A DNA stretch of 32,000 nucleotides from Akkermansia muciniphila ATCC BAA-835. GTDB lineage: Bacteria; Verrucomicrobiota; Verrucomicrobiia; Verrucomicrobiales; Akkermansiaceae. Positions 8,842 to 18,223 of this stretch are shown here, piece by piece. The stretch is from contig NC_010655.1 in assembly GCF_000020225.1 (NCBI RefSeq), forward strand, positions 900,001 through 932,000, read 5' to 3'. Each line of letters begins with the position of its first letter. Position 1 is the first letter of the stretch. The notes under the pieces are model-generated. The model made no database searches and was not told the DNA's origin. It worked only from the letters and a program-made list of their open reading frames with translations. Position numbers and translations under genes: made by a program.

Positions 8842-10647
8842 ATGAAAACAATTGTTCTTCTTCGCCATGGAGAAAGCACGTGGAACCGTGAAAACAGATT
8901 CACCGGATGGACGGACGTGGATCTGACGGAATTGGGAATACAGGAAGCCAACCACGCGGGCGACCTTCTGAAAGACAGGGGAATGGCCTTTGACCATGCC
9001 TACACCTCTTATCTCAAGAGGGCCGTGAAAACGCTCAACTGCGTGCTGGACCATTTGGACCAGGACTGGCTGCCCGTCTCCAAAAGCTGGAGGTTGAATG
9101 AAAAGCACTACGGCATGCTCCAGGGCCTGAATAAAAGTGAAACGGCTCAAAAATACGGAGACGAACAGGTACTGATCTGGAGGCGCAGTTATGACGTGGC
9201 GCCTCCTCCCCTGGCGGAGGACGATCCCGCCAACCCCAAATGGGATCCCCGCTACAAGGGAGTGCCGGACAGCGAACTTCCGCGAACGGAATCACTGAAA
9301 GAAACTATTGCCCGCATGATGCCCTACTGGGAAGGAACAGTTCTCCCTTCTCTACGGACGCTGGACAATATCCTAATCGTAGCCCACGGCAACACATTGC
9401 GGGGCATGATCAAGTATTTGAAAAACATTCCTGACGAACAGCTGCTTTCCCTTAATCTTCCTACCGCCACCCCCTATGTATTTGAATTTGACGACTCCCT
9501 AAACCTGGAAAAAGACTACTTTCTTGGGGATCCGGAAGAAATCCGCAAACGCATGGCGGCCGTCGCCGGCCAGGGAAGCGCAAAGAAAAAAAACGCCTGC
9601 GGAATAACCTCATTATCCTTTCCTATGACCGCCCATTCCTGCCGCATTGCGTTCTTTGACGCCAAGCCCTACGACCGGGATTCCTTCAATTCTGTCAATG
9701 AACGCGAATTCCATTACGACATCCGTTACTTCAAAGGGCACCTCACTCCGGACAGCGTGCCCCTGACCCGCGGTACGGACGTAGCGTGCATTTTCGTCAA
9801 TGACACGGCAAACCGGGAAGTAATACGGAACCTGAAGGAAAATGGCGTCAAATTGCTGGCTCTGCGTTGCGCCGGATTCAATAATGTGGATCTGAAAGCT
9901 GCGGAAGAAGCGGAACTGCCCGTCGTGCGGGTGCCCCAATATTCTCCCTATGCGGTGGCGGAACATGCCGTAGCCCTGATGCTTTCCCTGAACCGCAAAA
10001 TACACCGCGCCTACTGGCGCACCAGGGACGGCAATTTTTCCCTTCACGGCCTGATGGGCTTTGACATGAATGGAAAAACGGCCGGCATCATCGGAACGGG
10101 AAAAATCGCCAGAATCCTCATCCGCATTCTCAAAGGCTTCGGGATGAACATCCTGGCCTATGACCTGCACCCTGACCAGCGCTTTGCGGAAGAAGCCGGC
10201 ATTACGTACACCACCCTGGACGATCTGTACGCCCGGTCCGATATCATCTCCCTGCACTGTCCCCTTACTCCGGAAACGGAACACCTGATTAATACGGATT
10301 CCATTGGAAAAATGAAGGATGGAGTGATGATCATCAACACGGGACGCGGCAAGCTGATTAACACGGAAATGCTGATTGACGGCCTGAAATCAAAAAAAGT
10401 GGGAGCTGCCGGACTGGACGTGTACGAAGAAGAGGGAGAATATTTCTACGAAGACAAATCCGACAGGATTATTGATGATGATACTCTGGCTCGTCTCCTT
10501 TCCTTCAACAACGTCATCCTGACTTCCCACCAGGGCTTTTTCACGAAAGAAGCCCTGCACAATATTGCGGAAGTCACCCTGCACAACATCCGGGACTTTC
10601 TGGAAAGCAAACCTCTGATCAACCGAGTCTCGCTTCAGTCACGCTGA
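8842..10647 (+). CDS. gpmA-ldhA: Single in-frame ORF joining 2,3-bisphosphoglycerate-dependent phosphoglycerate mutase (aa about 1-250) to D-lactate dehydrogenase / D-2-hydroxyacid dehydrogenase (internal ATG at 9625)
   Basis: The N-terminal part, [28 protein letters not shown]...[15 protein letters not shown], is collinear with GpmA to its normal C-terminus (..AAVANQGKAK in E. coli). An 11-aa linker [11 protein letters not shown] follows. Then [17 protein letters not shown]...[12 protein letters not shown]...[14 protein letters not shown]...[33 protein letters not shown].. is collinear with LdhA. There is no stop between the two parts. The track start at 8806 is upstream; the ATG at 8842 gives the canonical GpmA N-terminus. 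Confidence 0.85.
   Translation: MKTIVLLRHGESTWNRENRFTGWTDVDLTELGIQEANHAGDLLKDRGMAFDHAYTSYLKRAVKTLNCVLDHLDQDWLPVSKSWRLNEKHYGMLQGLNKSETAQKYGDEQVLIWRRSYDVAPPPLAEDDPANPKWDPRYKGVPDSELPRTESLKETIARMMPYWEGTVLPSLRTLDNILIVAHGNTLRGMIKYLKNIPDEQLLSLNLPTATPYVFEFDDSLNLEKDYFLGDPEEIRKRMAAVAGQGSAKKKNACGITSLSFPMTAHSCRIAFFDAKPYDRDSFNSVNEREFHYDIRYFKGHLTPDSVPLTRGTDVACIFVNDTANREVIRNLKENGVKLLALRCAGFNNVDLKAAEEAELPVVRVPQYSPYAVAEHAVALMLSLNRKIHRAYWRTRDGNFSLHGLMGFDMNGKTAGIIGTGKIARILIRILKGFGMNILAYDLHPDQRFAEEAGITYTTLDDLYARSDIISLHCPLTPETEHLINTDSIGKMKDGVMIINTGRGKLINTEMLIDGLKSKKVGAAGLDVYEEEGEYFYEDKSDRIIDDDTLARLLSFNNVILTSHQGFFTKEALHNIAEVTLHNIRDFLESKPLINRVSLQSR
9586..9593 (+). repeat. A8 homopolymer at the gpmA/ldhA junction; its length sets whether the two genes are fused
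   Basis: The sequence reads GCA AAG AAA AAA AAC GCC TGC GGA ATA ACC... With seven A residues the frame becomes ...AAA AAA ACG CCT GCG GAA TAA (stop at 9605-9607). That would leave 17 nt before the ldhA ATG at 9625. Confidence 0.9.
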
Positions 10648-10778
10648 ACGTGCCCGGCGGGCGCTCTACGGAAATCCGGGACTTTCTCATCCGCCTTCTG
10701 CCGGACAGAAGGCGGAATTCGGGGAAAGGCGGCAGCTTTTTTATGCAAGCGCCGCCACTTCCCGCCGTATTATATACT

Positions 10779-11927
10779 ATGAGCACTCCAGCCCCTGCCT
10801 CCGTCCTGGCTCCCAAACCGCACTACGCCGCTCTGGACGGCCTCCGCGGGGTGGCCGCCGTCATGGTGGTCCTGTTCCACATGTTTGAAGGCAGCGCCAG
10901 GGACTTCCAGTTCCATACGGACCAGATCATCAACCACGGCTACCTGTCCGTGGACTTTTTTTTCATGCTGTCCGGCTTCGTCATCGGATATGCCTATGAC
11001 GACCGCTGGGAAAAAATGAACCTGTGGAACTTCTGCAAGCGGCGGCTGGTGCGCCTTCAACCCATGGTGGTCATGGGGATGCTGCTGGGGGGAATCCTCT
11101 TTTACTTCCAGGGGTCTGAAATCTTCCCGAACCTTGCGCAAACCCCCGTATGGAAAATGCTGCTGGTCATGACCGTGGGATTCACGCTGCTGCCCGTTCC
11201 CGTTTCCCTGGATGTGCGCGGATGGTCGGAAATGCACCCGCTGAACGGTCCGGCCTGGTCCCTCTTCTTCGAATACGTCGCCAATATCCTTTATGCCATG
11301 CTCATCAGAAAATTTACCAGCAGATGGCTGGCGGTCCTGGTCTTTCTGGCGGGCTGCGCCCTCATTCACCAGTGCTACACGCAGGGCAACAACATCGGCG
11401 GCTGGACTCTGGATGCGGAACAGTGCCGTGTGGGGCTTACACGGCTCATGTTCCCTTTCTTCGGCGGTCTGCTCCTGTTCCGCCTGTGCAAACCTGGACG
11501 GATCAGGCATGGTTTCTGGTGGTGCAGCCTGCTTCTGGCGGGAACCCTGGCGGCGCCCCATGTAGGAGGCGCGGAACATTTCCGCCTGAACGGCCTGTAT
11601 GACGCCTTCTGCATCATTGTCATCTTTCCCGTGATAGTCTTCCTCGGAGCCAGTGACATCCCTGGAGACATCTCTTCCAGAGCCAGCCGGTTTTTGGGAA
11701 ACATCTCCTATCCCCTTTATATCATCCACTATCCCATCGTATATCTCTACCTGGCCTGGGTTCACGATGCGGAAGTCCCTCTTTCCCGTGCGCTCCCCGT
11801 AGCGGCAGGCGTCTTATTCCTCTGCATTGCCGTAGCCTACGGGTGCCTGAAGCTTTATGACGAGCCCGTGCGCGCATGGCTTTCCAAACGCGTGCTGAAG
11901 CGGCGTCCTCCGGAACCCGGGGCGTAA
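10779..11927 (+). CDS. Acyltransferase family 3 (OafA/YrhL-like) integral membrane protein
   Basis: The track ORF starts at the GTG at 10650. The ATG at 10779 gives MSTPAPASVLAPKPHYAALDGLRGVAAVMVVLFHM, and the DGLRG..A...V...H motif is typical of acyltransferase_3. About 10 hydrophobic segments follow. Confidence 0.85.
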   Translation: MSTPAPASVLAPKPHYAALDGLRGVAAVMVVLFHMFEGSARDFQFHTDQIINHGYLSVDFFFMLSGFVIGYAYDDRWEKMNLWNFCKRRLVRLQPMVVMGMLLGGILFYFQGSEIFPNLAQTPVWKMLLVMTVGFTLLPVPVSLDVRGWSEMHPLNGPAWSLFFEYVANILYAMLIRKFTSRWLAVLVFLAGCALIHQCYTQGNNIGGWTLDAEQCRVGLTRLMFPFFGGLLLFRLCKPGRIRHGFWWCSLLLAGTLAAPHVGGAEHFRLNGLYDAFCIIVIFPVIVFLGASDIPGDISSRASRFLGNISYPLYIIHYPIVYLYLAWVHDAEVPLSRALPVAAGVLFLCIAVAYGCLKLYDEPVRAWLSKRVLKRRPPEPGA

Positions 11928-11989
11928 AGCGGAACAAACATCTGCCTTGCCCCTGGCGGGGCCAGGCCGGATACTGTCGGCGGTCTTTC

Positions 11990-13399
11990 ATGGAAAAACT
12001 GCCGACATCCTCCAAAGCTCTGCGCTACCTGCCCTTTCTTGTGGCATCTGCATTCTTTATGCAGATGCTGGATGCCACCATCCTGAACACGGCCATTCCC
12101 ACCATTGCCCGCAGCTTCAACAGCCATCCGCTGCAGCTCCACTCCCTGGTAACGGCCTACATGCTCACCGTCTGCGTCCTGATACCGGCCTCCGGATGGA
12201 TATCCGACAAACTGGGTTCCCGCCGTACTTTCCTGCTGGCCATCTCCGTTTTTTCCGTGGGCTCCCTGCTGTGCGCCCTTTCCGCCTCCGTTACCATGAT
12301 GACGGTATGCCGCGTCATCCAGGGAATAGGCGGCGCCTTCCTGATGCCCGTCGGGCGCCTTGTCATCCTGCGCTCCTATCCCCGCTCCATGTTCGTCAAT
12401 GTCCTGAACATTGTAACGATTCCGGCGCTGCTGGGCCCCCTTCTGGGGCCGGTGCTGGGCGGTATCATCGTACAGTACGCTTCCTGGCACTGGATATTCC
12501 TGATCAACATCCCGGTAGGCATGGCGGGCCTGTGGGCCACCTGGAAGCTGATGCCGGACCTGAAAGCGGTCCGGGAACAGAAATTCGACTGGCCGGGTTT
12601 CTTCCTTTTCTCCTCCTCCGCCGTCCTGGCTACGATGGGCCTCTCTTCCGCAGGAGGCATAACCGATAAGCCGCGCATGGTCATCCTCACGTCTGCCGGA
12701 GGCATTCTTCAACTTCTGTACTGGGTGCTGGCGTTCCGTTCAAAAGCCCCCATCTTCAGCCCGGCCCTGTTCCGCATCAGAAACTTTGCCATCGGAATCG
12801 CCGGCAACATCGTCTGCCGCCTGGGCGGAAGCTGCCTGCCGTACCTGATGCCGCTTTTCTTCCAGGTGGTGCTTGGTTATTCCGCTCTTCAGTCCGGCAT
12901 GTCCCTGATTCCGCTGGCCCTGAGCAATCTGCTGGCAAAAACGGTTGCGCCGCGTCTGCTCGGGAAATTTGGTTACCGGAACATCATGGTCGTCAATACC
13001 TTCACCATAGGATCGCTGCTGGCCTCCTTCCGCTTTGTAGGCCCCGGAACCCATGAACTTATTCTCCTGGGCATGCTCGCGTTGCTGGGCGGGGCCAACT
13101 CCATTCAGTTCACCTGCATGAACACCCTGACGCTGATTGACCTCCCCAATGCAGACGCCAGCAGCGGAAACTCCCTGCTTTCCACGATCATGCAGCTCTC
13201 CATTGCTGTCAGTATTGCCGCGGCCTCCCTGCTGCTGGACAGCTTCGGCGGCCATTCGGCTACCTCCGGAAAGGCTGTGGAAACCGCCTTTCATGCCACT
13301 TTCGCCACCATCGGCGCCATTGCCGCGGCCAGTTCCTTCATCTTCGCCCTGGTGGACAAAGACAAGGGAATCACCCGCAAACGGAGAAAAGCAGCTTGA
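11990..13399 (+). CDS. MFS transporter, DHA2 (EmrB/QacA-like, 14-TMS) drug:H+ antiporter family
   Basis: The ATG at 11990 gives MEKLPTSSKALRYLPFLVASAFFMQMLDATILNTAIPTIARSF, the canonical DHA2 N-terminus. It also has the GWISDKLGSRRTF motif and many TM segments. The track start at 11876 overlaps the upstream gene. Confidence 0.88.
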   Translation: MEKLPTSSKALRYLPFLVASAFFMQMLDATILNTAIPTIARSFNSHPLQLHSLVTAYMLTVCVLIPASGWISDKLGSRRTFLLAISVFSVGSLLCALSASVTMMTVCRVIQGIGGAFLMPVGRLVILRSYPRSMFVNVLNIVTIPALLGPLLGPVLGGIIVQYASWHWIFLINIPVGMAGLWATWKLMPDLKAVREQKFDWPGFFLFSSSAVLATMGLSSAGGITDKPRMVILTSAGGILQLLYWVLAFRSKAPIFSPALFRIRNFAIGIAGNIVCRLGGSCLPYLMPLFFQVVLGYSALQSGMSLIPLALSNLLAKTVAPRLLGKFGYRNIMVVNTFTIGSLLASFRFVGPGTHELILLGMLALLGGANSIQFTCMNTLTLIDLPNADASSGNSLLSTIMQLSIAVSIAAASLLLDSFGGHSATSGKAVETAFHATFATIGAIAAASSFIFALVDKDKGITRKRRKAA

Positions 13400-13421
13400 A
13401 GAAGAAAATTCCCGCCCCTGT

Positions 13422-13889
13422 TCAGGAACAGGAAGAGGAATCTCCCGTCTCAAGAGAACAGCACTGCGCAAACCGGGCGCGGGACTCTTCCAGGGTAATC
13501 GGTTTCTTATCCTCCCCCAGGGCTACATAAACCAGCTCCGCCTCTGTAATTTTGGCAATGTTATTGCAAAGCTTCGTCAGACGTTCCGCATACACCTCCA
13601 CCTTCACGGTGACGGAGGTGCGGCCCACCTTGATAATATCCGTATAAAAGGACACTACATCGCCCACCAGCACAGGAGCTTCAAACGTCAGGCTGCTCAC
13701 CGCACGCGTCACAATATAGCGGCTCAATGCATAGCGCATGGCGGTATTGGCTCCTGCAAGGTCCACCTGGCTCATCACCCAGCCGCCGAATACTTCCCCG
13801 CTCTGATTGGTATCCGCAGGCATTGGTTCCACGCGCAGGGCGGGAACGCGCCCTTCCGGAAGCTGGGCATGACGATATGTATTTTCCAT
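13422..13889 (-). CDS. Acyl-CoA thioesterase, hotdog fold (YciA-like)
   Basis: 155 aa. The YciA-type pattern is MPADTNQSGEVFGGWVMSQVDLAGANTAM...VTRAVSSLTFEAPVLVGDVVSFY. Confidence 0.85.
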   Translation of the reverse strand: MENTYRHAQLPEGRVPALRVEPMPADTNQSGEVFGGWVMSQVDLAGANTAMRYALSRYIVTRAVSSLTFEAPVLVGDVVSFYTDIIKVGRTSVTVKVEVYAERLTKLCNNIAKITEAELVYVALGEDKKPITLEESRARFAQCCSLETGDSSSCS

Positions 13890-14087
13890 AAATAAGAATA
13901 ATTATAAATTAATAAGGACATGCTTATCTATCACAGCCCTCTTGTAAAGGGTAAAACGCGGAAGCGGAAAACGGGCGGCGCCGGCACGCTCTGCGGAAAA
14001 AAGAAAACAGCCCGGAATAAACTGCTTTCCCATATTGATTAAGTTGGGCAGGCGGATTTCCGTGTCTTATCCCGGAGCTTTTCCACC

Positions 14088-14378
14088 ATGGCCGGTAAAG
14101 GCGGTTGTCCATTACTCATGGACCGCAACCATGAATCCAAAACAAAAAAAGTGGACGGGGAGGCACATCCCGCTTCCGACTTTGCCTACGTACCCGATCC
14201 GGAAAAGCCTTCCACCTGGAAACTGCCGATTTTCAACATGCGCCACGTAGGAGGGGCCCTGGCCGCCATGACCAGCGACTATCGCGGCAACCCCGTGGAA
14301 ATACCGGAAGGAGATCGCCGTGCCGTCATGAAAAAAATCCTGGCCAGGAAAGCGAAACTGGAACAGGAAGAAAGCTGA
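14088..14378 (+). CDS. Small hypothetical protein (96 aa; the start may instead be the Met at 14118)
   Basis: The ORF has balanced, protein-like composition (..HPASDFAYVPDPEKPSTWKLPIFNMRHVGGALAAM..IPEGDRRAVMKKILARKAKLEQEES). I recognise no domain with certainty. Confidence 0.5.
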   Translation: MAGKGGCPLLMDRNHESKTKKVDGEAHPASDFAYVPDPEKPSTWKLPIFNMRHVGGALAAMTSDYRGNPVEIPEGDRRAVMKKILARKAKLEQEES

Positions 14379-14926
14379 TTCCGTTTTCTTTCATTTCTTT
14401 TTTTCCGCCTGTAAACAGGAAGGAAAGAAATATCTTTTCCCTTCGTTCCCCGGTCTTAGCCGTTTGGGGACGGGCTGACACCATCCAGATACCGGCTTTC
14501 TGCGGCGCCTTCGGTTGGCACCCCCGTAGAAATGAAAGACATTCCCACCCTTCCGACGCTCCTGGCGGATACAGCCGGATATTTCACTTACGGACGGCAT
14601 CAAAAACGGTGGTAAAACAGAAGAAGAAATTAAATTATTCTAAAATCATCAATCATCCCAAGGATGTTTTTCCCCTAAAGTGGATTGGGGAAATTCAGGA
14701 AATCTGAAAATCAAATAACTTTCTCCGGCCAATAAAAACAACATTTAGAAAATTCCTATATAAATAAATATCAATGGCATATTGAAATAAAAACATGTCT
14801 TTCCCTGAACAGGCCGTCCGAAGCCTGGTCATCACGATAGGAATGAAGAATGCCGGAAAAGGGAATGCTGCCGGCTATTTCCCGCATGGCAGCGCTTTTC
14901 CCCTTCCGTCAACTCCGCATCAAAAT

Positions 14927-15841
14927 ATGACTGACGAAAAAATGAGCACAGAAGGTACTAACGAAATACAGGACCCGCGCGGTGAATTCCAACAGGAAAG
15001 ATATGAAAAGCAGCAGCAGAAAGCCCCCGGACTGCAATCCGGAATGAAGCCCGTGCCGGATTCCGGGGAACAAAGCTACCATGGCTGCAACAGGCTCCGT
15101 GGACGAAAAGCCCTGGTCACAGGGGGAGACTCGGGAATAGGCCGGGCGGCGGCTATTGCCTACGCACGCGAAGGAGCCGACGTAGCCTTGAACTACCTTC
15201 CTGAAGAACAAAGCGATGCCGAAGAAGTGGCGGAACTCATCAGAAAAGAGGGCCGGAAGGCCGTCCTGCTGCCGGGGGACCTCAGCGATGAAGTCTTTTG
15301 TAAAAAACTCGTCAGGGATGCCTTGGAAAAACTTGGCGGACTGGACATCATGGCCCTGGTAGCCGGTAAACAAGTGGCGGTGGAAGATATCCGGGACATT
15401 ACCACGGAACAATTAACCAAGACATTTGAAGTAAACGTGTTCTCCCTGTTCTGGATTGCCAAGGAAGCCCTTCCGCATCTCAAGCCGGGGACGAGCATCA
15501 TTACCTGCTCCTCCATTCAGGCCTACCAGCCCGGCAAGAACCTGGTGGACTATGCTTCCACAAAAGCGGCCATCATTGCGTTCAGCCGCTCCCTGGCCAA
15601 GCAGGTTGCCCCCAAAGGCATCCGGGTCAACGTGGTGGCTCCCGGCCCCATCTGGACAGCCCTGCAAGTAACCGGAGGCCAGCTGCAGAAGGATCTGCCG
15701 GAATTCGGACGGAAAACGCCTCTCAAAAGGGCAGGGCAACCTGTGGAACTCTCCGGACTATACGTCTTTCTCGCCTCCCAGGAATCCAGCTTCATTACTG
15801 CGGAGGTCTTTGGCGTTACCGGCGGCATGCATCTGGCCTGA
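14927..15841 (+). CDS. SDR-family NAD(P)-dependent oxidoreductase (YghA/YhdF / general-stress-protein-39-like)
   Basis: The ATG at 14927 gives [10 protein letters not shown]... followed by [30 protein letters not shown] (TGxxxGIG Rossmann motif). The catalytic region is [16 protein letters not shown] (YxxxK). The hydrophilic N-terminal extension is typical of this subgroup. Confidence 0.88.
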   Translation: MTDEKMSTEGTNEIQDPRGEFQQERYEKQQQKAPGLQSGMKPVPDSGEQSYHGCNRLRGRKALVTGGDSGIGRAAAIAYAREGADVALNYLPEEQSDAEEVAELIRKEGRKAVLLPGDLSDEVFCKKLVRDALEKLGGLDIMALVAGKQVAVEDIRDITTEQLTKTFEVNVFSLFWIAKEALPHLKPGTSIITCSSIQAYQPGKNLVDYASTKAAIIAFSRSLAKQVAPKGIRVNVVAPGPIWTALQVTGGQLQKDLPEFGRKTPLKRAGQPVELSGLYVFLASQESSFITAEVFGVTGGMHLA

Positions 15842-16013
15842 TGCGGAAACCCGCAATCCGGGAAAAGGGCCGGACTGACTTTCCGGAATCCCTTTCCGCA
15901 GCGCCACACCCCCGGATGACCGGGAAAGCGGCCGGAAACGGCTCTGCAAGGAAATCAGGGCATTGCTCCATTTCCCGGTTGTCCCGGCAAAAGGTTCCTG
16001 CTTGAATGGGGTA

Positions 16014-17036
16014 ATGGCATTTTGGAGGTTTTGGTTCATCTTTTTCCCTTTCACGGCGCTTCTCTTTTCCATGGTGCATGGCAGTCCTCTGAACGCACCC
16101 GTCATCACCCTTGGAGAGAAAAAAAGCCTGTTCGGAGAAAAAGCGCAGGCCAATGAATATGTCAGCTATGCCCTTTATTACTGGCCGGACCCCGCCAATC
16201 CGGACGGTCCTTACAAACCCATTGACGGCAAAAAGAACAAACGGCTCCGCAGCATGGACGACAGCGGCAGGATGGCCGCTTTCATCAGCACGGTCTGCAG
16301 CCTGGGACGGCAGTATGAACTCGACAGGGATCCGCAGGCCGCCTCCAGGGCCGGGCAATGGCTGAAAGCCTGGTTCATTGCTCCGGCAACCCGCATGCAG
16401 CCCCATCTGAAATATGCCCAAATTCGCCCCGGACACCGGACGGAAGGAGACGGAGGAGGCATCATCGACCTTTACCGCATGCCCGAATTCCTGGAAGCTT
16501 TGACGGCGTTGAAATGCTCCAATGCCCTAACGGCAGAGGAATGGAAGCAGGTGGACGCATGGCTGAACCAGTATTACACATGGCTGACTACCAGCAGGCA
16601 GGGCAGGCATGCACACACGCGCAGCAACAACCATTATCTGTTTTATGTGGCGCAATGCGCCCATTTGGCATCCTTCCTGGGCCGCAGCCATGAAGCGGCC
16701 CAATGGCTGGCAGAAGCCTTCGCCAACCTGGACCGCCACATCGCTCCCGACGGATCCCAGCCCGAAGAACTCAAACGGGCGGAACCCTGGCAATACAGCG
16801 TTTACACTCTTCAGGCATGGGGATACCTGGTGCATCTTGCAGAACGCATGGGCGACAAGAACTACCGTTACCGGAAAACACCCGCCGGGGCCTCCATTCA
16901 AAAAGCTGTGGACTATCTCCTGCCTTACCGCGCCAACCCTGAAACATGGCCCTGGCAAGGCTCCAGGGCAAACACTCCGCTGCCCGCCATCTTTGAACCG
17001 GAGCAGGCGGGCAGGCCACAACGGAAATGCTACTGA
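16014..17036 (+). CDS. Alginate-lyase-family (PL5-like) polysaccharide lyase-like protein, secreted
   Basis: The ATG at 16014 gives the signal-like MAFWRFWFIFFPFTALLFSMVHG. YYWPDPANPDGPYKPIDGKKN and NNHYLFY resemble the YWWPDP...PY..DG and NNH motifs of the Alginate_lyase (PF05426) fold. Confidence 0.7.
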   Translation: MAFWRFWFIFFPFTALLFSMVHGSPLNAPVITLGEKKSLFGEKAQANEYVSYALYYWPDPANPDGPYKPIDGKKNKRLRSMDDSGRMAAFISTVCSLGRQYELDRDPQAASRAGQWLKAWFIAPATRMQPHLKYAQIRPGHRTEGDGGGIIDLYRMPEFLEALTALKCSNALTAEEWKQVDAWLNQYYTWLTTSRQGRHAHTRSNNHYLFYVAQCAHLASFLGRSHEAAQWLAEAFANLDRHIAPDGSQPEELKRAEPWQYSVYTLQAWGYLVHLAERMGDKNYRYRKTPAGASIQKAVDYLLPYRANPETWPWQGSRANTPLPAIFEPEQAGRPQRKCY

Positions 17037-17127
17037 ACCGCGCCCGCCGTTAAAAGTATCCGTTTTTCCTGCTTATTGAAAATCCCCTCTCCAGCAGCAC
17101 GAACGGGGTATTTTCCCGGAAAACGAT

Positions 17128-17637
17128 TTAATAAGAAATCTCCCCAGTATTTTTCCCCTTAGATTTTTCCTTTCTTTTTGCTGCTCTCCATTCCCACGGA
17201 GATATGGGATTCAGCTCAGACCAGATGCCTTTTTGGGCCTTTCTGGCATCCCTTTCAAGAGAAACGAGTTTCCGGCTGGCGGAAAAATTTTTATAAATCC
17301 ACGCCCATCCTTCCTTCACCATCTCTTCGTTGACGAGCATTTTTCCATGCCATATTTCCCCTAAAATACGGCCGTACCTGTCACTCTCGGTATACCGGAC
17401 TGTAACCGCCTCTCCCCAAATCAGCTTTTCCAGGTATTCCTTGGCGCCTTCATACCCGTCCTGCTCCCTTTCCGGCGCATCAATTCCCTCAAGCTGTATC
17501 CGATGCGTACGCATTTGTTCAGGCGTCCTTTCCAGAAGGATGACCGTGTCGCCGTCAATCACGTTAATCACGACTCCCCTGATACTTTCAGCAAAAGCCA
17601 TGCAGGGACTTATCAGGAAAATCAAAAGCCATTTCAT
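17128..17637 (-). CDS. Secreted thermonuclease (staphylococcal nuclease/SNase-like) family protein
   Basis: The ATG at 17637 gives signal peptide MKWLLIFLISPCMAFA. VIDGDTVILL...RIQLEGIDAPE...YGRILGEIW..LVNEEMVKEGWAWIY is the SNase fold pattern. Confidence 0.85.
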   Translation of the reverse strand: MKWLLIFLISPCMAFAESIRGVVINVIDGDTVILLERTPEQMRTHRIQLEGIDAPEREQDGYEGAKEYLEKLIWGEAVTVRYTESDRYGRILGEIWHGKMLVNEEMVKEGWAWIYKNFSASRKLVSLERDARKAQKGIWSELNPISPWEWRAAKRKEKSKGKNTGEISY

Positions 17638-18012
17638 GAAAAATGATATAATCCAAAAAATATCAGGATGCAACTACTCTTTAGAGAAACCGTTCCCGCA
17701 CTGTTCACACGGCCGGAAACAGATGAATACGGTCATCTGTGGACAGCCTGTTCTGGAACAGGCCATCATGTTTTCCGGCATGAAGGAACACAATTCCCGA
17801 ACCTATTCCAACCTGTCCGGAACAACGGTAAACAGGCTGTATCATTGCCCCGCTCCGGAACATCTTTGTTCGCTGCCGTGCCGGGAGCGGAAGAACATCC
17901 CGCCGGCGTACCCCGGCAATCTAACCCATGCCGCCATTTAAAAAGACTGCACATTAAACAAGAAAAACCGGGCGCCCTGCAACATTCAATGGCATGGCGT
18001 GAGACATTTCAC

Positions 18013-18207
18013 TCATTTTTTCAATTCTTCGGCTATTCTGCCGAGGTTCTTTTCCGTTGCCTTTCTCAGTTTCTCCTGCTGTTTCCAGTACCATGCCGTT
18101 CTTTCCGACACCCCGGCCTGATTCGCCAGCCAGCGCACGGCGCCGCTCGTGTCACAGCCTGTTTTCTTCTGAATGACTTCCAGCAGTTGAGCGACATATT
18201 TATTCAT
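18013..18207 (-). CDS. Small (64 aa) HTH-like protein; last gene of the IbrAB-like cassette
   Basis: The ATG at 18207 lies 16 nt after the stop of the ParB-like gene. The protein is MNKYVAQLLEVIQKKTGCDTSGAVRWLANQAGVSERTAWYWKQQEKLRKATEKNLGRIAEELKK. The segment SGAVRWLANQAGVSERTAWYW looks like a helix-turn-helix. The track ORF (to 18345) overlaps the upstream gene and is not favoured. Confidence 0.6.
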   Translation of the reverse strand: MNKYVAQLLEVIQKKTGCDTSGAVRWLANQAGVSERTAWYWKQQEKLRKATEKNLGRIAEELKK

Positions 18208-18223
18208 GGATTCCGGGTTGATA

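Noticed and set aside
10770-13471. Long minus-strand ORFs (10770-11765, 11855-12712, 12740-13471) opposite the acyltransferase and MFS genes
   Set aside because: Their composition is dominated by G/R/D/Q/H/P runs, with no TM or domain pattern. The plus-strand products are clear multi-TM family members, so these are shadow ORFs.
14391-14603. 70-aa minus-strand ORF in the gap upstream of the SDR gene, and a possible SRP-RNA-like GGAAGGAAAG stretch near 14420
   Set aside because: The ORF product is Arg/Lys/Gly-rich (RRRRRKP) with no start context. The GGAAGGAA string lacks the surrounding conserved SRP domain IV sequence. I reported the region only as an unexplained gap.
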